DNA of 64,000 bases. It comes from Gammaproteobacteria bacterium (lineage in GTDB: Bacteria; Pseudomonadota; Gammaproteobacteria; Eutrophobiales; Eutrophobiaceae). Under the pieces are notes generated by a model. It saw only the letters and a program-made list of their open reading frames with translations, made no database searches and was not told the DNA's origin. The number at the start of each line of letters is the position of its first letter. Position 1 is the first letter of the stretch. The position numbers were made by a program, and so were the translations under genes. The stretch is from positions 128,095 through 192,094 of the forward strand of contig SCUJ01000011.1 in the NCBI GenBank assembly GCA_004297165.1, written 5' to 3'. Below are positions 32,456-42,698 of this stretch, piece by piece.

Positions 32456-33727
32456 TTACTTGCCGACCTTGAATTCCGTGGCGAGTTTCTTCGTCACCGG
32501 CTGGTTCTTCAGGACCACATAATCCGGCAGCCCGTCGCGGTAGGGCGGGTAATCCTCGCCCTGGATTAACGGGGCGAGATAGCGCCGGCAGGCATCCGTA
32601 ATCCCGAAGCCATCCGCGGTGATGAACTCGCGCGGCATGAATTTCTCCACATTGGCCACATCGGCGAGCGCCGCCGTGCCGGTCTCCCATCGGTACGGGT
32701 CATCCGACTTGCGCACGATGGTGATCATCCGGGCATCCTGGCCCGCCAGCGCGCATTCCACCGCCGCGCGTCCGACCGCGACCGCCTGCTCCACATCGGT
32801 CTTCGAGGCGATGTGCCGGGCCGCGCGTTGCAGGTAATCCGCCACGGCCCAATGGAACTTGTAACCCAGGGCCTGCTTGACCAGGTTCGCGACGACCGGC
32901 GCCGCCCCGCCGAGTTGCGCGTGCCCGAAGGCGTCCGTGGTCCCCTGCTCGGACAGGAACTTGCCGTCCTGCCGCTTCGCGCCCTCGGAGACCACCACGG
33001 TGCAGAATTCATGTCTTTCGACCTTCTCCTTCACGGTCTGGAGGAAGCGTTGTTCATCCAGCTCCACCTCCGGGAAGAGGATGACGATGGGGATGTCATG
33101 GCTCGCACTCGCGGCGAGTCCGCCGGCCGCGGCGATCCAGCCGGCATGTCGGCCCATGACCTCCAGCACAAAGACCTTGGTTGAGGTCTTGGCCATGGAG
33201 CGCACATCGAAGGAGGCCTCACGCGTCGAGACGGCGATGTATTTCGCCACCGAGCCGAAACCTGGGCAGGTGTCGGTGATGGGCAGGTCGTTGTCCACTG
33301 TCTTCGGGATGTGGATCGCGGTGATGGGAAAGCCCATGGTCGCCGAGAGCTGCGAGATCTTGTGACAGGTGTCGGCGGAATCGCCGCCGCCGTTATAAAA
33401 GAAGTAGCCGATATCGTGGGCCTTGAACACCGCAATCAGCCGCTCGTATTCGGCGCGGCTCTTGTCCAGACCCTTGAGCTTGTAGCGGCAGGAGCCGAAG
33501 GCCCCGGCGGGGGTGTGGCGCAGGGCTGCGATGGCGGCGTCGGATTCCTGACCGGTGTCGATCAGGTCCTCGGTCAACGCGCCGATGATCCCGTTGCGAC
33601 CCGCATAGACGTTCGCGATCTTGTCCCGGCGCTCCCGCGCGGCCTGGATCAGTCCGCAGGCCGAGGCGTTGATTACCGAGGTTACCCCGCCCGATTGGGC
33701 GTAAAATGCGTTCTTGCCATGTGCCAT
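32456..33727 (-). CDS. pfp: 6-phosphofructokinase, pyrophosphate-dependent type
   Basis: AQSGG, GGGDS (Asp), PKTVDND (Lys), EVMGRHAGW. Confidence 0.9.
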   Translation of the reverse strand: MAHGKNAFYAQSGGVTSVINASACGLIQAARERRDKIANVYAGRNGIIGALTEDLIDTGQESDAAIAALRHTPAGAFGSCRYKLKGLDKSRAEYERLIAVFKAHDIGYFFYNGGGDSADTCHKISQLSATMGFPITAIHIPKTVDNDLPITDTCPGFGSVAKYIAVSTREASFDVRSMAKTSTKVFVLEVMGRHAGWIAAAGGLAASASHDIPIVILFPEVELDEQRFLQTVKEKVERHEFCTVVVSEGAKRQDGKFLSEQGTTDAFGHAQLGGAAPVVANLVKQALGYKFHWAVADYLQRAARHIASKTDVEQAVAVGRAAVECALAGQDARMITIVRKSDDPYRWETGTAALADVANVEKFMPREFITADGFGITDACRRYLAPLIQGEDYPPYRDGLPDYVVLKNQPVTKKLATEFKVGK

Positions 33728-33883
33728 GTGGGCGTCCTCATCCTGTCAGCAGCGCCAGGGCGGGGACAGCCACGGCGCGTACTATGATTGTCGATTGAAT
33801 TTGGATACATTACTGCCGATGCAAATGTATCAAATCATGCTAGGGAATGCCCGCTTTTCACTTGCCTGCGGATCATGCCAAGC

Positions 33884-33911
33884 GGAACTCGCGCCAAAGA
33901 CGCCAATCTGA
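33884..33911 (+). promoter_or_regulatory. sigmaE/AlgU-type promoter of bepA
   Basis: GGAACT-17 bp-TCTGA, 7 bp before ATG 33919. Confidence 0.6.
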
Positions 33912-33918
33912 ACTGCCT

Positions 33919-35382
33919 ATGAGATTCTTCACACGATTTCTGCTGCTCGCCGTACTGCTTGGCGGCAACGTCCAGGCCGGGGTCAGCAGCCTGGATCTGC
34001 CCGATATGGGCGATTCCACCGGCGTGATCCTCTCCCCGGAATACGAACGTCGGTTGGGCCAGGCCTTTCTCAGCCAGGTCCGCGAGCAGGCCAATATTGT
34101 CAACGACCCCGAGATCGATACCTATATCAAATCCGTCGGTTACCGGTTGGTGGCGCAGAGCGATCGCAACACCCAGGCCTTCACCTTCTTTATCATCAAT
34201 GACCCGATGATCAACGCCTTCGCCGCTCCCGGAGGGATCGTCGGGGTCAACAGCGGAATCATTCTCAATGCCGATTCGGAAAGCGAATTGGCGGGGGTCA
34301 TGGCCCACGAGGTGGTGCATGTCACGCAGCGGCATATGGCCCGCGGGGCGGAGATGCAGCAACGCATGAGCATCCCGATGATGGCGGCGATGCTCGGCGC
34401 CATCCTCATCGCCTCGCAGAATCCCGAGGCCGGCCAGGCCGCATTGATGGCGATCCAGGGCGGGATGGCGCAGGCCCAGATCAATTTCACGCGCGGGAAC
34501 GAGGAGGAGGCCGACCGGATCGGCATGCAACTGCTGAACCGGGCCGATTTCAACCCGCGCGGCATGTCTACTTTTTTCGAAAAGCTCCAGGCCAATTCCC
34601 GCTATATCAGCCAGGCCCCGGAATTTCTCCGCACCCATCCCGTCACCGTGAATCGCATCGCCGAGGCTCGGGCCCGGGCCGAAATGATCCCGCCCGGTCT
34701 GGCCTTTACGGAGAGCAAGAGCTTTCCGTATATAAAAGCGAAACTCACCGTGCTGTCCATGAAGAATCCACGCGAGGCGATCGTCTACTATCGGGCCCGG
34801 CTCGCGGATGAGAATCAGATTCGCGATCACCTCGCCAATCGCTATGGCTACGCGCTGGCCCTGATGGAGACGGGCGAATACGAAGAGGCCTCGCAGCACA
34901 TGCGCGCCTTGCTCGTGTCCGATCGCGAGAATGCCTCCTTCCTCCTGGCCGCCGCGGATCTCGAATACCGGCAAGGGAAATTGAGGGAATCCTTCGGTCT
35001 CTATGAGGAGGCCCTGCATATCTATCCGGACTACGCCCCGGTGGTGATGTCCTACGCCCAGACGTTGCTGAAGTCGAATCAACCGGAAATCGCCCGCGAC
35101 CTGCTCAAGGAATACGGTAAATACAATGAAACCGATCTGCGTTATTTCGAATTTCTGGCCCGGGCCGAGGCCGAGGCCGGAAACGCGGTCGAATCCGGCA
35201 TCGCCACCGCGGAGTATTATTACCTGCTCGGGCGGACCGATACCGCCGTCGCCCAGATGGAATCCCTCCTGCGTCAGACCAACCCAAAACCGGATTACTA
35301 CCAGACCGAACGCATGCACGATCGCCTCGCGTTTCTGCAGCGGGAACTACGGCTGGAGCAGGATCTGAAGATCCGGGAATAA
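33919..35382 (+). CDS. bepA: M48 family TPR metalloprotease BepA
   Basis: Signal peptide, LPDMG, INAFAAPGG, HEVVH, EEEADRIG, FLRTHP, C-terminal TPRs. Confidence 0.93.
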   Translation: MRFFTRFLLLAVLLGGNVQAGVSSLDLPDMGDSTGVILSPEYERRLGQAFLSQVREQANIVNDPEIDTYIKSVGYRLVAQSDRNTQAFTFFIINDPMINAFAAPGGIVGVNSGIILNADSESELAGVMAHEVVHVTQRHMARGAEMQQRMSIPMMAAMLGAILIASQNPEAGQAALMAIQGGMAQAQINFTRGNEEEADRIGMQLLNRADFNPRGMSTFFEKLQANSRYISQAPEFLRTHPVTVNRIAEARARAEMIPPGLAFTESKSFPYIKAKLTVLSMKNPREAIVYYRARLADENQIRDHLANRYGYALALMETGEYEEASQHMRALLVSDRENASFLLAAADLEYRQGKLRESFGLYEEALHIYPDYAPVVMSYAQTLLKSNQPEIARDLLKEYGKYNETDLRYFEFLARAEAEAGNAVESGIATAEYYYLLGRTDTAVAQMESLLRQTNPKPDYYQTERMHDRLAFLQRELRLEQDLKIRE

Positions 35383-35406
35383 CACTCCATCCCGCGGATC
35401 GCCAGC

Positions 35407-36303
35407 GTGCCCCCGATTGCAAGCGCCTTGCGAACGTGCGCAGTGTTGCTGCTGTCGATCGCCAGCCTGCTGGTGTGCGCCTCCCTGCTGGCCTGGCCCG
35501 TGCAATTGCTGCTTGGCCTGTTCCGGGATCCGCCCTTCCCCAAGACCCTGCATTTCACCCTGGTGATATCCGCACTGGCAGCGGCGATCGCTTATCTGAA
35601 ATTCACCACGCGACTGGGGCCCTTGTCAGGCGCGCAGATCTGGAAACCTCGCGGAAGGCGGCAACTGTTGTGGGGTTTCCTGGCCGGCGCATTAATCCTG
35701 GTCATGGTGGAAGGGACGCTGCAACTGCTCGACATGCGGCAGATGGATCCGGACTTTGATGTCAGCGCCCTCGCGCTTGTTGCGATTAAGGCGCTGGCGA
35801 CTGGTCTGCTGGTGGGCGTGATCGAAGAATTGACCTACCGGGGCGCGATATTGGAAGGACTGTTGCGCCACAGCAGCGCCGGAATCGCAATGACGCTTGC
35901 TTCACTGCTCTACGCGGCGGTTCACTTCATCGAATTTCCCGCCTTCGATCCTCTGGCGGGCCTGCATTGGCACAGCGGCATCCTCATGCTTGCCCAGGGT
36001 TTCCATGCCTTCCAGGATCTGGCGATCTGGGATTCGTTCCTGACGCTCTTTCTCCTCGGGCTTTTATTGAGCCTGGTGAGATTACATACAGGGAATCTGA
36101 TTGCCTGCATCGGGCTGCACGCCGGGGTCGTCACCCTGAACAAGATCTTTAATTACGCGACGGATTACCGGGAAGGAAGCCCCTGGGGTTTCCTGCTCAA
36201 TCTTCCGGATCAGCCAAACGGTCTCCTCGCCTCGGGGTATCTTCTCGTCTGCCTGTTAATCTACTGGCGCCGGGGCGTGACCCTTCAATCAGGATTACGG
36301 TAA
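35407..36303 (+). CDS. CPBP (CAAX/Abi) family intramembrane glutamic endopeptidase
   Basis: EELTYRG, YAAVH, CIGLHAG; multiple TMs. Confidence 0.85.
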   Translation: MPPIASALRTCAVLLLSIASLLVCASLLAWPVQLLLGLFRDPPFPKTLHFTLVISALAAAIAYLKFTTRLGPLSGAQIWKPRGRRQLLWGFLAGALILVMVEGTLQLLDMRQMDPDFDVSALALVAIKALATGLLVGVIEELTYRGAILEGLLRHSSAGIAMTLASLLYAAVHFIEFPAFDPLAGLHWHSGILMLAQGFHAFQDLAIWDSFLTLFLLGLLLSLVRLHTGNLIACIGLHAGVVTLNKIFNYATDYREGSPWGFLLNLPDQPNGLLASGYLLVCLLIYWRRGVTLQSGLR

Positions 36304-36408
36304 CCATCCATTCCGGGATATAGGGCAGAGATCCGGCCGGATTCTGAATAAAAAGCCGAATTATCGTTCGCTGAAATTGATTCGCGGAGGGGCGGGAGAG
36401 CGGATGCC

Positions 36409-36540
36409 CTATAAACTTCCGGTCTTGCCGTTCTGACGGTTCGGTCCTGGTTCTTTGTGCAGAGATTTGCGAATGCTCCGGTACTCGATGACACACGCCA
36501 GCACCAGCAATGGCAATAAAATCCAGATAAGCCAATCCAA
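36409..36540 (-). CDS. putative 43-aa single-pass membrane protein (below ORF-track cutoff)
   Basis: Purine-rich SD GAGGGGGAAAG, TTG start, MDWLIWILLPLLVLACVIEYRSIRKSLHKEPGPNRQNGKTGSL*. Confidence 0.45.
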   Translation of the reverse strand: MDWLIWILLPLLVLACVIEYRSIRKSLHKEPGPNRQNGKTGSL

Positions 36541-36812
36541 CTTTCCCCCTCACCCCAAAATCCGGGGCTGCCCAATCCGGGCTTGAAAAATAACCCCGCA
36601 TGAGCGGGGTTAAGGCAAAGAATGTCATTACTAGAATAATGAACGGGGCGAATCGTAGCGCAATCTCCCGGATGAGTATATACACCAAAAAGGGTAGTAA
36701 ATTTCAAAAAATCAGGGATTTTTCCTTGCGGAATCAAAGTATTCACTCGAACCTTTAAGCTATAACCTATAAAATTTCGGTCCGATGTAAAAAGCGGACA
36801 ATCGATCTCGTC

Positions 36813-37778
36813 ATGCATGCCATACTGCCCCTGATAGAAACTTCCGGTTTTCCTGCCATACGCCGCCTGCAACCGACCACCTTGCAGGTAAATCTGGGTT
36901 ATCGTTGCAACCAGTCCTGTCTCCATTGCCATGTGAATGCCGGACCCACTCGCACCGAGATGATGGCAAATGAGACCCTCGCGCTGATCCCGGAAGTGCT
37001 CGACAAGCGCGGCATCGCCACCCTCGACCTCACCGGCGGCGCGCCCGAGTTGCACGAGGGCTTCCGTTCCCTGGTGCGCGCGGCGCGCGGTCTGGGCGTC
37101 AAGGTGATCGACCGCTGCAATCTCACCATCCTCTTCGAACCGGGGCAGTCCGATCTGGCCGATTTTCTCGCGGCGCAACAGGTGGAGATCATCGCCTCGC
37201 TGCCCTGTTACACGCAGGATAACGTCGATCGGCAACGCGGCGCGGGGGTGTTCGAGAAAAGCATCAAGGCGCTGCGGATGTTTAACGACCTGGGTTACGG
37301 CTGTTCGGATTCCGGGCTTACTCTCAACCTGGTTTACAACCCCCAGGGTCCCGATCTGCCGCCCGATCAAAACGAACTGGAAGCGGACTATAAACGCGAG
37401 CTCGCTGCGCAATATGGCATCGTGTTCAATCGACTCTTCGTGCTGACCAACATGCCGATCCAACGCTTCGGCTCCATGCTGGTCTCCAGGGGACAATTCG
37501 ATGCTTATCTGCGCCTGCTCAAGGACAACTATCAGGCCGATAATCTCGCGCAGGTGATGTGCCGCGAACTCATCAGCGTGGATTGGCGGGGCCATCTCTA
37601 CGACTGCGATTTCAATCAGCAGTTGGGTCTCGCCATGGCATTGGGCAAAGATGACAAACCGCGACATCTCGCGGATTTGCTCTCCGGGGATTTCTCCGGC
37701 CAAACAATCCGCGTGGCCGATCATTGTTACGGCTGCACCGCGGGACAGGGCAGCAGTTGCGGGGGAGTGTTACAGTAG
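36813..37778 (+). CDS. arsS: radical SAM / Cys-rich protein, ArsS-like (TIGR04167 type)
   Basis: TLQVNLGYRCNQSCLHCHV, DLTGGAPE, YDCDFNQ, HCYGCTAGQGSSCGG. Confidence 0.88.
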   Translation: MHAILPLIETSGFPAIRRLQPTTLQVNLGYRCNQSCLHCHVNAGPTRTEMMANETLALIPEVLDKRGIATLDLTGGAPELHEGFRSLVRAARGLGVKVIDRCNLTILFEPGQSDLADFLAAQQVEIIASLPCYTQDNVDRQRGAGVFEKSIKALRMFNDLGYGCSDSGLTLNLVYNPQGPDLPPDQNELEADYKRELAAQYGIVFNRLFVLTNMPIQRFGSMLVSRGQFDAYLRLLKDNYQADNLAQVMCRELISVDWRGHLYDCDFNQQLGLAMALGKDDKPRHLADLLSGDFSGQTIRVADHCYGCTAGQGSSCGGVLQ

Positions 37779-37786
37779 GTTGAAGA

Positions 37787-37862
37787 TGGTGGGCCGTGCA
37801 GGATTCGAACCTGCGACCAACGGATTAAAAATCCGCTGCTCTACCGACTGAGCTAACGGCCC
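37787..37862 (-). tRNA. tRNA-Lys (UUU)
   Basis: GGGCCGTTAGCTCAGTCGGTAGAGCAGCGGATTTTTAATCCGTTGGTCGCAGGTTCGAATCCTGCACGGCCCACCA, 76 nt, encoded CCA. Confidence 0.96.
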
Positions 37863-38050
37863 GTGTCTCCATGCCAGCCTGAAGTCGAGGCGCGCATGAT
37901 ACCGGAGATCCAGGCGGCGGCAAACCGACAAGGGCGCCCGCGGGTGTCCTCCCTCCACGCCTGAAATGCCATCTGCCTATTGATTTTACCGCCGGACGTC
38001 CCTATTTTGTGCCCCTGCCCGTCAAACTAGAGAAGTACCGAGGTAAAACC

Positions 38051-38407
38051 ATGCCGATCTACGAATATCAGTGCAGCCAGTGCGACAACCGCCTGGAGGT
38101 CATCCAGAAATTCAGCGATCCGCCCCTGACCGACTGTCCGGAATGCGGCACAGGCAATCTGCGCAAGCTCATCTCGGCCGCGGCCTTTCACCTGAAGGGC
38201 ACCGGCTGGTACGTGACCGATTTCCGCGACAAGAGCAAAAAGAACGCGCCGGCCGCAAGTAGCGATAAAAAAGATGTCGCGGCCACAGACAAGGATGCCG
38301 CCTCCGGAGCGCCGGACAAGGATGGCAAATCCGGCGCAACCGAGGGCACAAGTAACACGGAGAAGGCCGCCGCCAAGTCCGAGTCAGCCACGGCGGGAGA
38401 ATCCTGA
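38051..38407 (+). CDS. FmdB family zinc-ribbon protein
   Basis: MPIYEYQCSQC...CPECG...FHLKGTGWYVTDF with low-complexity tail. Confidence 0.92.
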   Translation: MPIYEYQCSQCDNRLEVIQKFSDPPLTDCPECGTGNLRKLISAAAFHLKGTGWYVTDFRDKSKKNAPAASSDKKDVAATDKDAASGAPDKDGKSGATEGTSNTEKAAAKSESATAGES

Positions 38408-38424
38408 CCCGCCCCGCCCCGGTG

Positions 38425-39078
38425 ATGGCCACACTGCGCAAGTACCTGATCGCCGGTCTGCTGGTGTGGCTGCCGCTGGCCGCCACCTACTTCGTGATCC
38501 GTCTGGCGGTGGATCTGCTGGATCGCATCATCCTGCTGCTGCCGCCTGAATATCGCCCGGAAAGCCTGTTCGGTTTCAGCATACCGGGACTGGGGCTAAT
38601 CCTGGCGCTCGCCGTCCTGTTCATCACCGGCCTGCTGGCCGCCAATCTGCTGGGCAGGAAGCTGGTTGCGACCTGGGAAGGTCTGCTGAACCGGATTCCG
38701 CTGGTGCGGACGATCTACAACAGCGTCAAGCAGATCACCAGCACCGTCCTGATGACCGACAACAAATCCTTCAGCAAGGTGGTGCTGGTGGAGTTTCCGC
38801 GTGTGGGCGCCTGGAGCGTAGGGTTCCTCACCAACGAGATGCTCGATGTCAATACAGACAGATCCGCGGGTGACCTGGTCATCGTTTTTGTGGCCACCAC
38901 ACCCAACCCAACCACTGGTTTTCTCATCGCGGTGAAACGGTCCGAGATTATCGAACTGGACGTAAGTATCGAGGAGGCCATCAAGTACGTCATGTCCATG
39001 GGGGTCATCACCCCCGAACGCGTAATACAGCCGTTGCAAGCCTCGAATCACCTTGCGGATTCCGCCCCCGCCCCGTAA
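38425..39078 (+). CDS. DUF502 membrane protein
   Basis: LRKYLIAGLLVWLP, RIPLVRTIY, VLVEFPR, TTPNPTTGF; usual neighbour of aspS. Confidence 0.9.
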   Translation: MATLRKYLIAGLLVWLPLAATYFVIRLAVDLLDRIILLLPPEYRPESLFGFSIPGLGLILALAVLFITGLLAANLLGRKLVATWEGLLNRIPLVRTIYNSVKQITSTVLMTDNKSFSKVVLVEFPRVGAWSVGFLTNEMLDVNTDRSAGDLVIVFVATTPNPTTGFLIAVKRSEIIELDVSIEEAIKYVMSMGVITPERVIQPLQASNHLADSAPAP

Positions 39079-39120
39079 TATTCCGCCTCTTTTTTAACCT
39101 TGGAACACGGCGGGCCGGTC

Positions 39121-40899
39121 ATGCGCAGCCACTATTGCGGACATCTCAATAAATCGCACATCGGGCAGGAAGTGGAACTCTGCGGCTGGGTTAACCGGCG
39201 GCGGGATCACGGCGGGGTAATCTTCATAGACCTGCGAGATCGGGAAGGGATCGCCCAGATCGTCTATGACCCGGCCGCGCCCGAGTCCTTCAAGATCGCC
39301 GACCAGGTGCGCAACGAGTTTGTGCTGCGCATCGCCGGCAAGGTGCGGGCCCGTCCCGAAGGCGCCACAAACCCGGACCTCGCCTCAGGCGAGGTGGAGA
39401 TCCTCGGACGGGAGATCGTCATCCTGAATCCCGCGAAGACCCCGCCCTTCCTGCTCGATGAGGAGCACCTCAACGACGACATCCGCCTGCGCTATCGTTA
39501 TGTGGACCTGCGGCGTCCCGCGATGCAGCACAATCTGCGCCTGCGCAGCCGTGTCTGCCGGGTCCTGCGCGACTACCTGGATGCGCGCGGTTTCATCGAG
39601 ACAGAAACTCCAATACTGACCAAGGCCACGCCGGAAGGCGCGCGGGACTACCTCGTCCCGAGCCGCACCCATCCCGGCAGCTTCTTTGCCCTGCCACAGT
39701 CGCCACAACTCTTCAAACAGTTGCTGATGATGTCGGGGCTCGACCGCTATTACCAGATCGCCCGCTGTTTCCGCGACGAGGACCTGCGCGCCGATCGTCA
39801 ACCGGAATTCACGCAGCTCGATATCGAGACCTCCTTCATGAACGAGGCGGAACTCACCCACATGATGGAAGGCATGATCCGCGAGCTCTTCCGTGAAGCC
39901 ATGAACATCCATCTGCCCGATCCCTTCCCGCGCATGACCTATGACGAGGCGGTAAATCGTTTCGGCTCCGACCGGCCCGATCTGCGCAACCCGCTGGAAC
40001 TGGTGGAACTGCGCGACCTGATGCCGGAGGTCGATTTCAAGGTCTTCGCCGAGCCGGCCCGGATGCCGGACGGCCGGGTCGCGGCGCTGCGCCTCCCCAA
40101 TGGCGCGAAACTCACCCGCAAGGAGATCGACGACTACACCACCTTCGCGACCCGGCTCGGGGCGCAGGGGCTCGCCTACATCAAGGTCAACGACAGCAAC
40201 GCGGGCATGGCCGGTCTGCAATCGCCCATCCTCAAATTCCTGGGCGAGGGTGTAGTCGCCGAGATCCTGAAACGCACCGGCGCGGCGAGCGGCGACCTCA
40301 TCTTCTTCGGCGCCGGCAAGGCCCGCGCCGTCAACGATTTCCTGGGCCCTCTGCGCAACAAGCTGGCGGAAGACCTCGGCCTGCACACCACCCCGTGGGC
40401 CCCGCTCTGGGTGATCGACTTCCCCATGTTCGAATACAACGAGCCGGACAAACGCTGGGACCCGCTGCATCACCCCTTCACCGCCCCCCGTATCGACAGC
40501 ATCGAGGAGATGAATGCCAATCCCGGCGCCTGCCTGTCCCGCGCCTACGATATGGTGCTGAACGGCACCGAGCTCGGCGGCGGCTCCATGCGCATCCATC
40601 GCACCGAGATGCAGGAGGCCGTGTTCCGGTTGCTCGACATCGGTCCGGAGGAGGCGCAGGAGAAATTCGGATTCCTGCTCGAAGCGCTGCAATACGGTTG
40701 TCCGCCGCACGGCGGAATCGCCTTCGGTCTCGACCGGTTGGTCATGCTGATGGCCGGGGCCAAATCGATCCGCGACGTGATCGCCTTCCCCAAGACCCAG
40801 ACCGCGAGCTGCCTGCTGACCGAGGCCCCCTCTCATGCCCCGGAGACCCAATTGCGCGAACTGGGGATCCGCGTGGTGAAGTCCGCCGAAAAAAAGTAA
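39121..40899 (+). CDS. aspS: aspartate--tRNA ligase, probably non-discriminating
   Basis: [49 protein letters not shown]. Confidence 0.98.
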   Translation: MRSHYCGHLNKSHIGQEVELCGWVNRRRDHGGVIFIDLRDREGIAQIVYDPAAPESFKIADQVRNEFVLRIAGKVRARPEGATNPDLASGEVEILGREIVILNPAKTPPFLLDEEHLNDDIRLRYRYVDLRRPAMQHNLRLRSRVCRVLRDYLDARGFIETETPILTKATPEGARDYLVPSRTHPGSFFALPQSPQLFKQLLMMSGLDRYYQIARCFRDEDLRADRQPEFTQLDIETSFMNEAELTHMMEGMIRELFREAMNIHLPDPFPRMTYDEAVNRFGSDRPDLRNPLELVELRDLMPEVDFKVFAEPARMPDGRVAALRLPNGAKLTRKEIDDYTTFATRLGAQGLAYIKVNDSNAGMAGLQSPILKFLGEGVVAEILKRTGAASGDLIFFGAGKARAVNDFLGPLRNKLAEDLGLHTTPWAPLWVIDFPMFEYNEPDKRWDPLHHPFTAPRIDSIEEMNANPGACLSRAYDMVLNGTELGGGSMRIHRTEMQEAVFRLLDIGPEEAQEKFGFLLEALQYGCPPHGGIAFGLDRLVMLMAGAKSIRDVIAFPKTQTASCLLTEAPSHAPETQLRELGIRVVKSAEKK

Positions 40900-40915
40900 C
40901 CGCGCTTGCCTCGAG

Positions 40916-40936
40916 TTAGTGTGTAACTTACACTAA
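40916..40936. promoter_or_regulatory. NrtR operator (21-bp palindrome) overlapping the nrtR promoter
   Basis: TTAGTGT-gtaactt-ACACTAA; -35 TTGCCT at 40906, -10 TACACT at 40929. Confidence 0.8.
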
Positions 40937-40942
40937 TTCGCC

Positions 40943-41611
40943 ATGTACAGTTACCGGTACCCGCACCCGGCGGTCAGCACGGATATCGTGATCTTCACGA
41001 TCCTGGACGATCGGCTCCAGGTCCTCCTCATCCGGCGCGCCGCGGCGCCCTTCCGGGGCGCCTGGGCCCTGCCGGGCGGCTTTGTCGAGATCGACGAAGA
41101 CCTGGAGGCCGGCGCACTGAGGGAGCTGGAGGAGGAGACCGGGATCCGGGACATCTATCTCGAACAGCTCTACACCTTCGGCCAGCCGGGACGCGACCCG
41201 CGCGAGCGGGTGATCACCGTGGCCTACTACGCCCTCGTCCCGTTCGGTCAACTGGGCGAGATCAAGGCCGCAAGCGACGCCGCCGCGACCGCCTGGCATC
41301 CCCTCGCGCGCCTGCCGAAGACCGCCTTCGACCACGACCGGATCATCGAGACGGCCCGGCGCCGGCTCGTGGCGAAACTGGATTATTCCACCATCGCGTT
41401 GCAATTCCTGCCCCGCCGCTTCAGCCTCGGTGAACTCCAGCAGGTCCACGAGGTCATCACCGGCGAACCGCTGGACAAACGCAATTTCCGCAAGCGCATC
41501 CTTGGCGCCGGGTTTCTGGTGGATACCGGCAAGGTGCGGCGCGGAAACCGCTGCCGGCCGGCCCGCCTCTATCGCGCCCGGTCGCCGGGCAAGTTGTCCT
41601 ATCTACGATGA
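40943..41611 (+). CDS. nrtR: Nudix-related transcriptional regulator of NAD metabolism
   Basis: Nudix box [29 protein letters not shown], w[13 protein letters not shown]...RPARLY; upstream of nadA. Confidence 0.9.
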   Translation: MYSYRYPHPAVSTDIVIFTILDDRLQVLLIRRAAAPFRGAWALPGGFVEIDEDLEAGALRELEEETGIRDIYLEQLYTFGQPGRDPRERVITVAYYALVPFGQLGEIKAASDAAATAWHPLARLPKTAFDHDRIIETARRRLVAKLDYSTIALQFLPRRFSLGELQQVHEVITGEPLDKRNFRKRILGAGFLVDTGKVRRGNRCRPARLYRARSPGKLSYLR

Positions 41612-41624
41612 AACAGGTGTATCC

Positions 41625-42698
41625 ATGAATACGACCGTCACCACCGCCCCAATGCGTGATTACCGTCTCACCCCCGAGCAGATCCCGGAAACGGCAGTGG
41701 AGTCGCTCCCCCTTGCGGAACGCGAGCGTCTCAAGGATCGCATCCGCGAACTCCTGCGGGAACAGGACGCGCTCCTCGTGGCCCACTACTATACGGACGC
41801 CGACTTGCAGGTGCTCGCCGACGCAACCGGCGGCAAGGTCTCGGATTCCCTCGAAATGGCGCGGTTCGGCCACACATCCCCGGCCCGGACGCTACTCGTG
41901 TGCGGGGTGCGCTTCATGGGCGAGACCGCGAAGATCCTCAATCCCGAGAAACGCGTGCTGATGCCGGATCTGCATGCGGAATGCTCGCTCGATCTGGGTT
42001 GTCCGATCGAGGAATTCAGCGCCTTCTGCGACCAGCACCCGGATCGGACCGTGGTGGTCTACGCCAACACCAGCGCCGCCGTGAAGGCGCGGGCCGACTG
42101 GATGGTCACCTCGGGCAGCGCCATCGACGTCGTGCGCCATCTGCGGGATCGGGGCGAGAAGATCATCTGGGCGCCGGACAGATATCTCGGGGAATATGTC
42201 CAGGAGCAGACCGGCGCGGACATGCTGCTCTGGCAGGGGGCCTGCATCGTACACGAGGAGTTCAAGGGCGTGGAGCTCGAGCTGCTCCGGCGGCAATACC
42301 CCGACGCCAAAGTGCTGGTGCACCCCGAATCCCCGGCCTCCGTGATCCGGCAGGCGGACGTCGTGAGCTCCACCACCGGCATCATCAAGGCTGCGCTCGC
42401 GATGGACGCCAAACGTTTTATCATCGCGACCGACAAGGGGATCTTCCACAAGCTGCGCGAGGCGGCGCCGGGCAAGGAATTCATCGAGGCTCCGACCGCT
42501 GGCCGCAGCGCGACCTGCAAGTCCTGCGCGCATTGCCCCTGGATGGCGATGAACACGCTGCGCGCCACCGTACGCACGCTGGAAACTGGGATGAACGAGA
42601 TTCAGGTCGACCCCGCCATCATCGAGCGGGCGCAACAAACCATCCAACGTCTGCTGGATTTCAGCCGCCGCCAGCAGCAACTTGCGGGTGACGCGTGA
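41625..42698 (+). CDS. nadA: quinolinate synthase
   Basis: [48 protein letters not shown]. Confidence 0.97.
   Translation: MNTTVTTAPMRDYRLTPEQIPETAVESLPLAERERLKDRIRELLREQDALLVAHYYTDADLQVLADATGGKVSDSLEMARFGHTSPARTLLVCGVRFMGETAKILNPEKRVLMPDLHAECSLDLGCPIEEFSAFCDQHPDRTVVVYANTSAAVKARADWMVTSGSAIDVVRHLRDRGEKIIWAPDRYLGEYVQEQTGADMLLWQGACIVHEEFKGVELELLRRQYPDAKVLVHPESPASVIRQADVVSSTTGIIKAALAMDAKRFIIATDKGIFHKLREAAPGKEFIEAPTAGRSATCKSCAHCPWMAMNTLRATVRTLETGMNEIQVDPAIIERAQQTIQRLLDFSRRQQQLAGDA

Noticed and set aside
37720-37778. Selenocysteine recoding in the ArsS-like protein
   Set aside because: C-terminal motif uses Cys codons and the gene ends at TAG; no in-frame TGA
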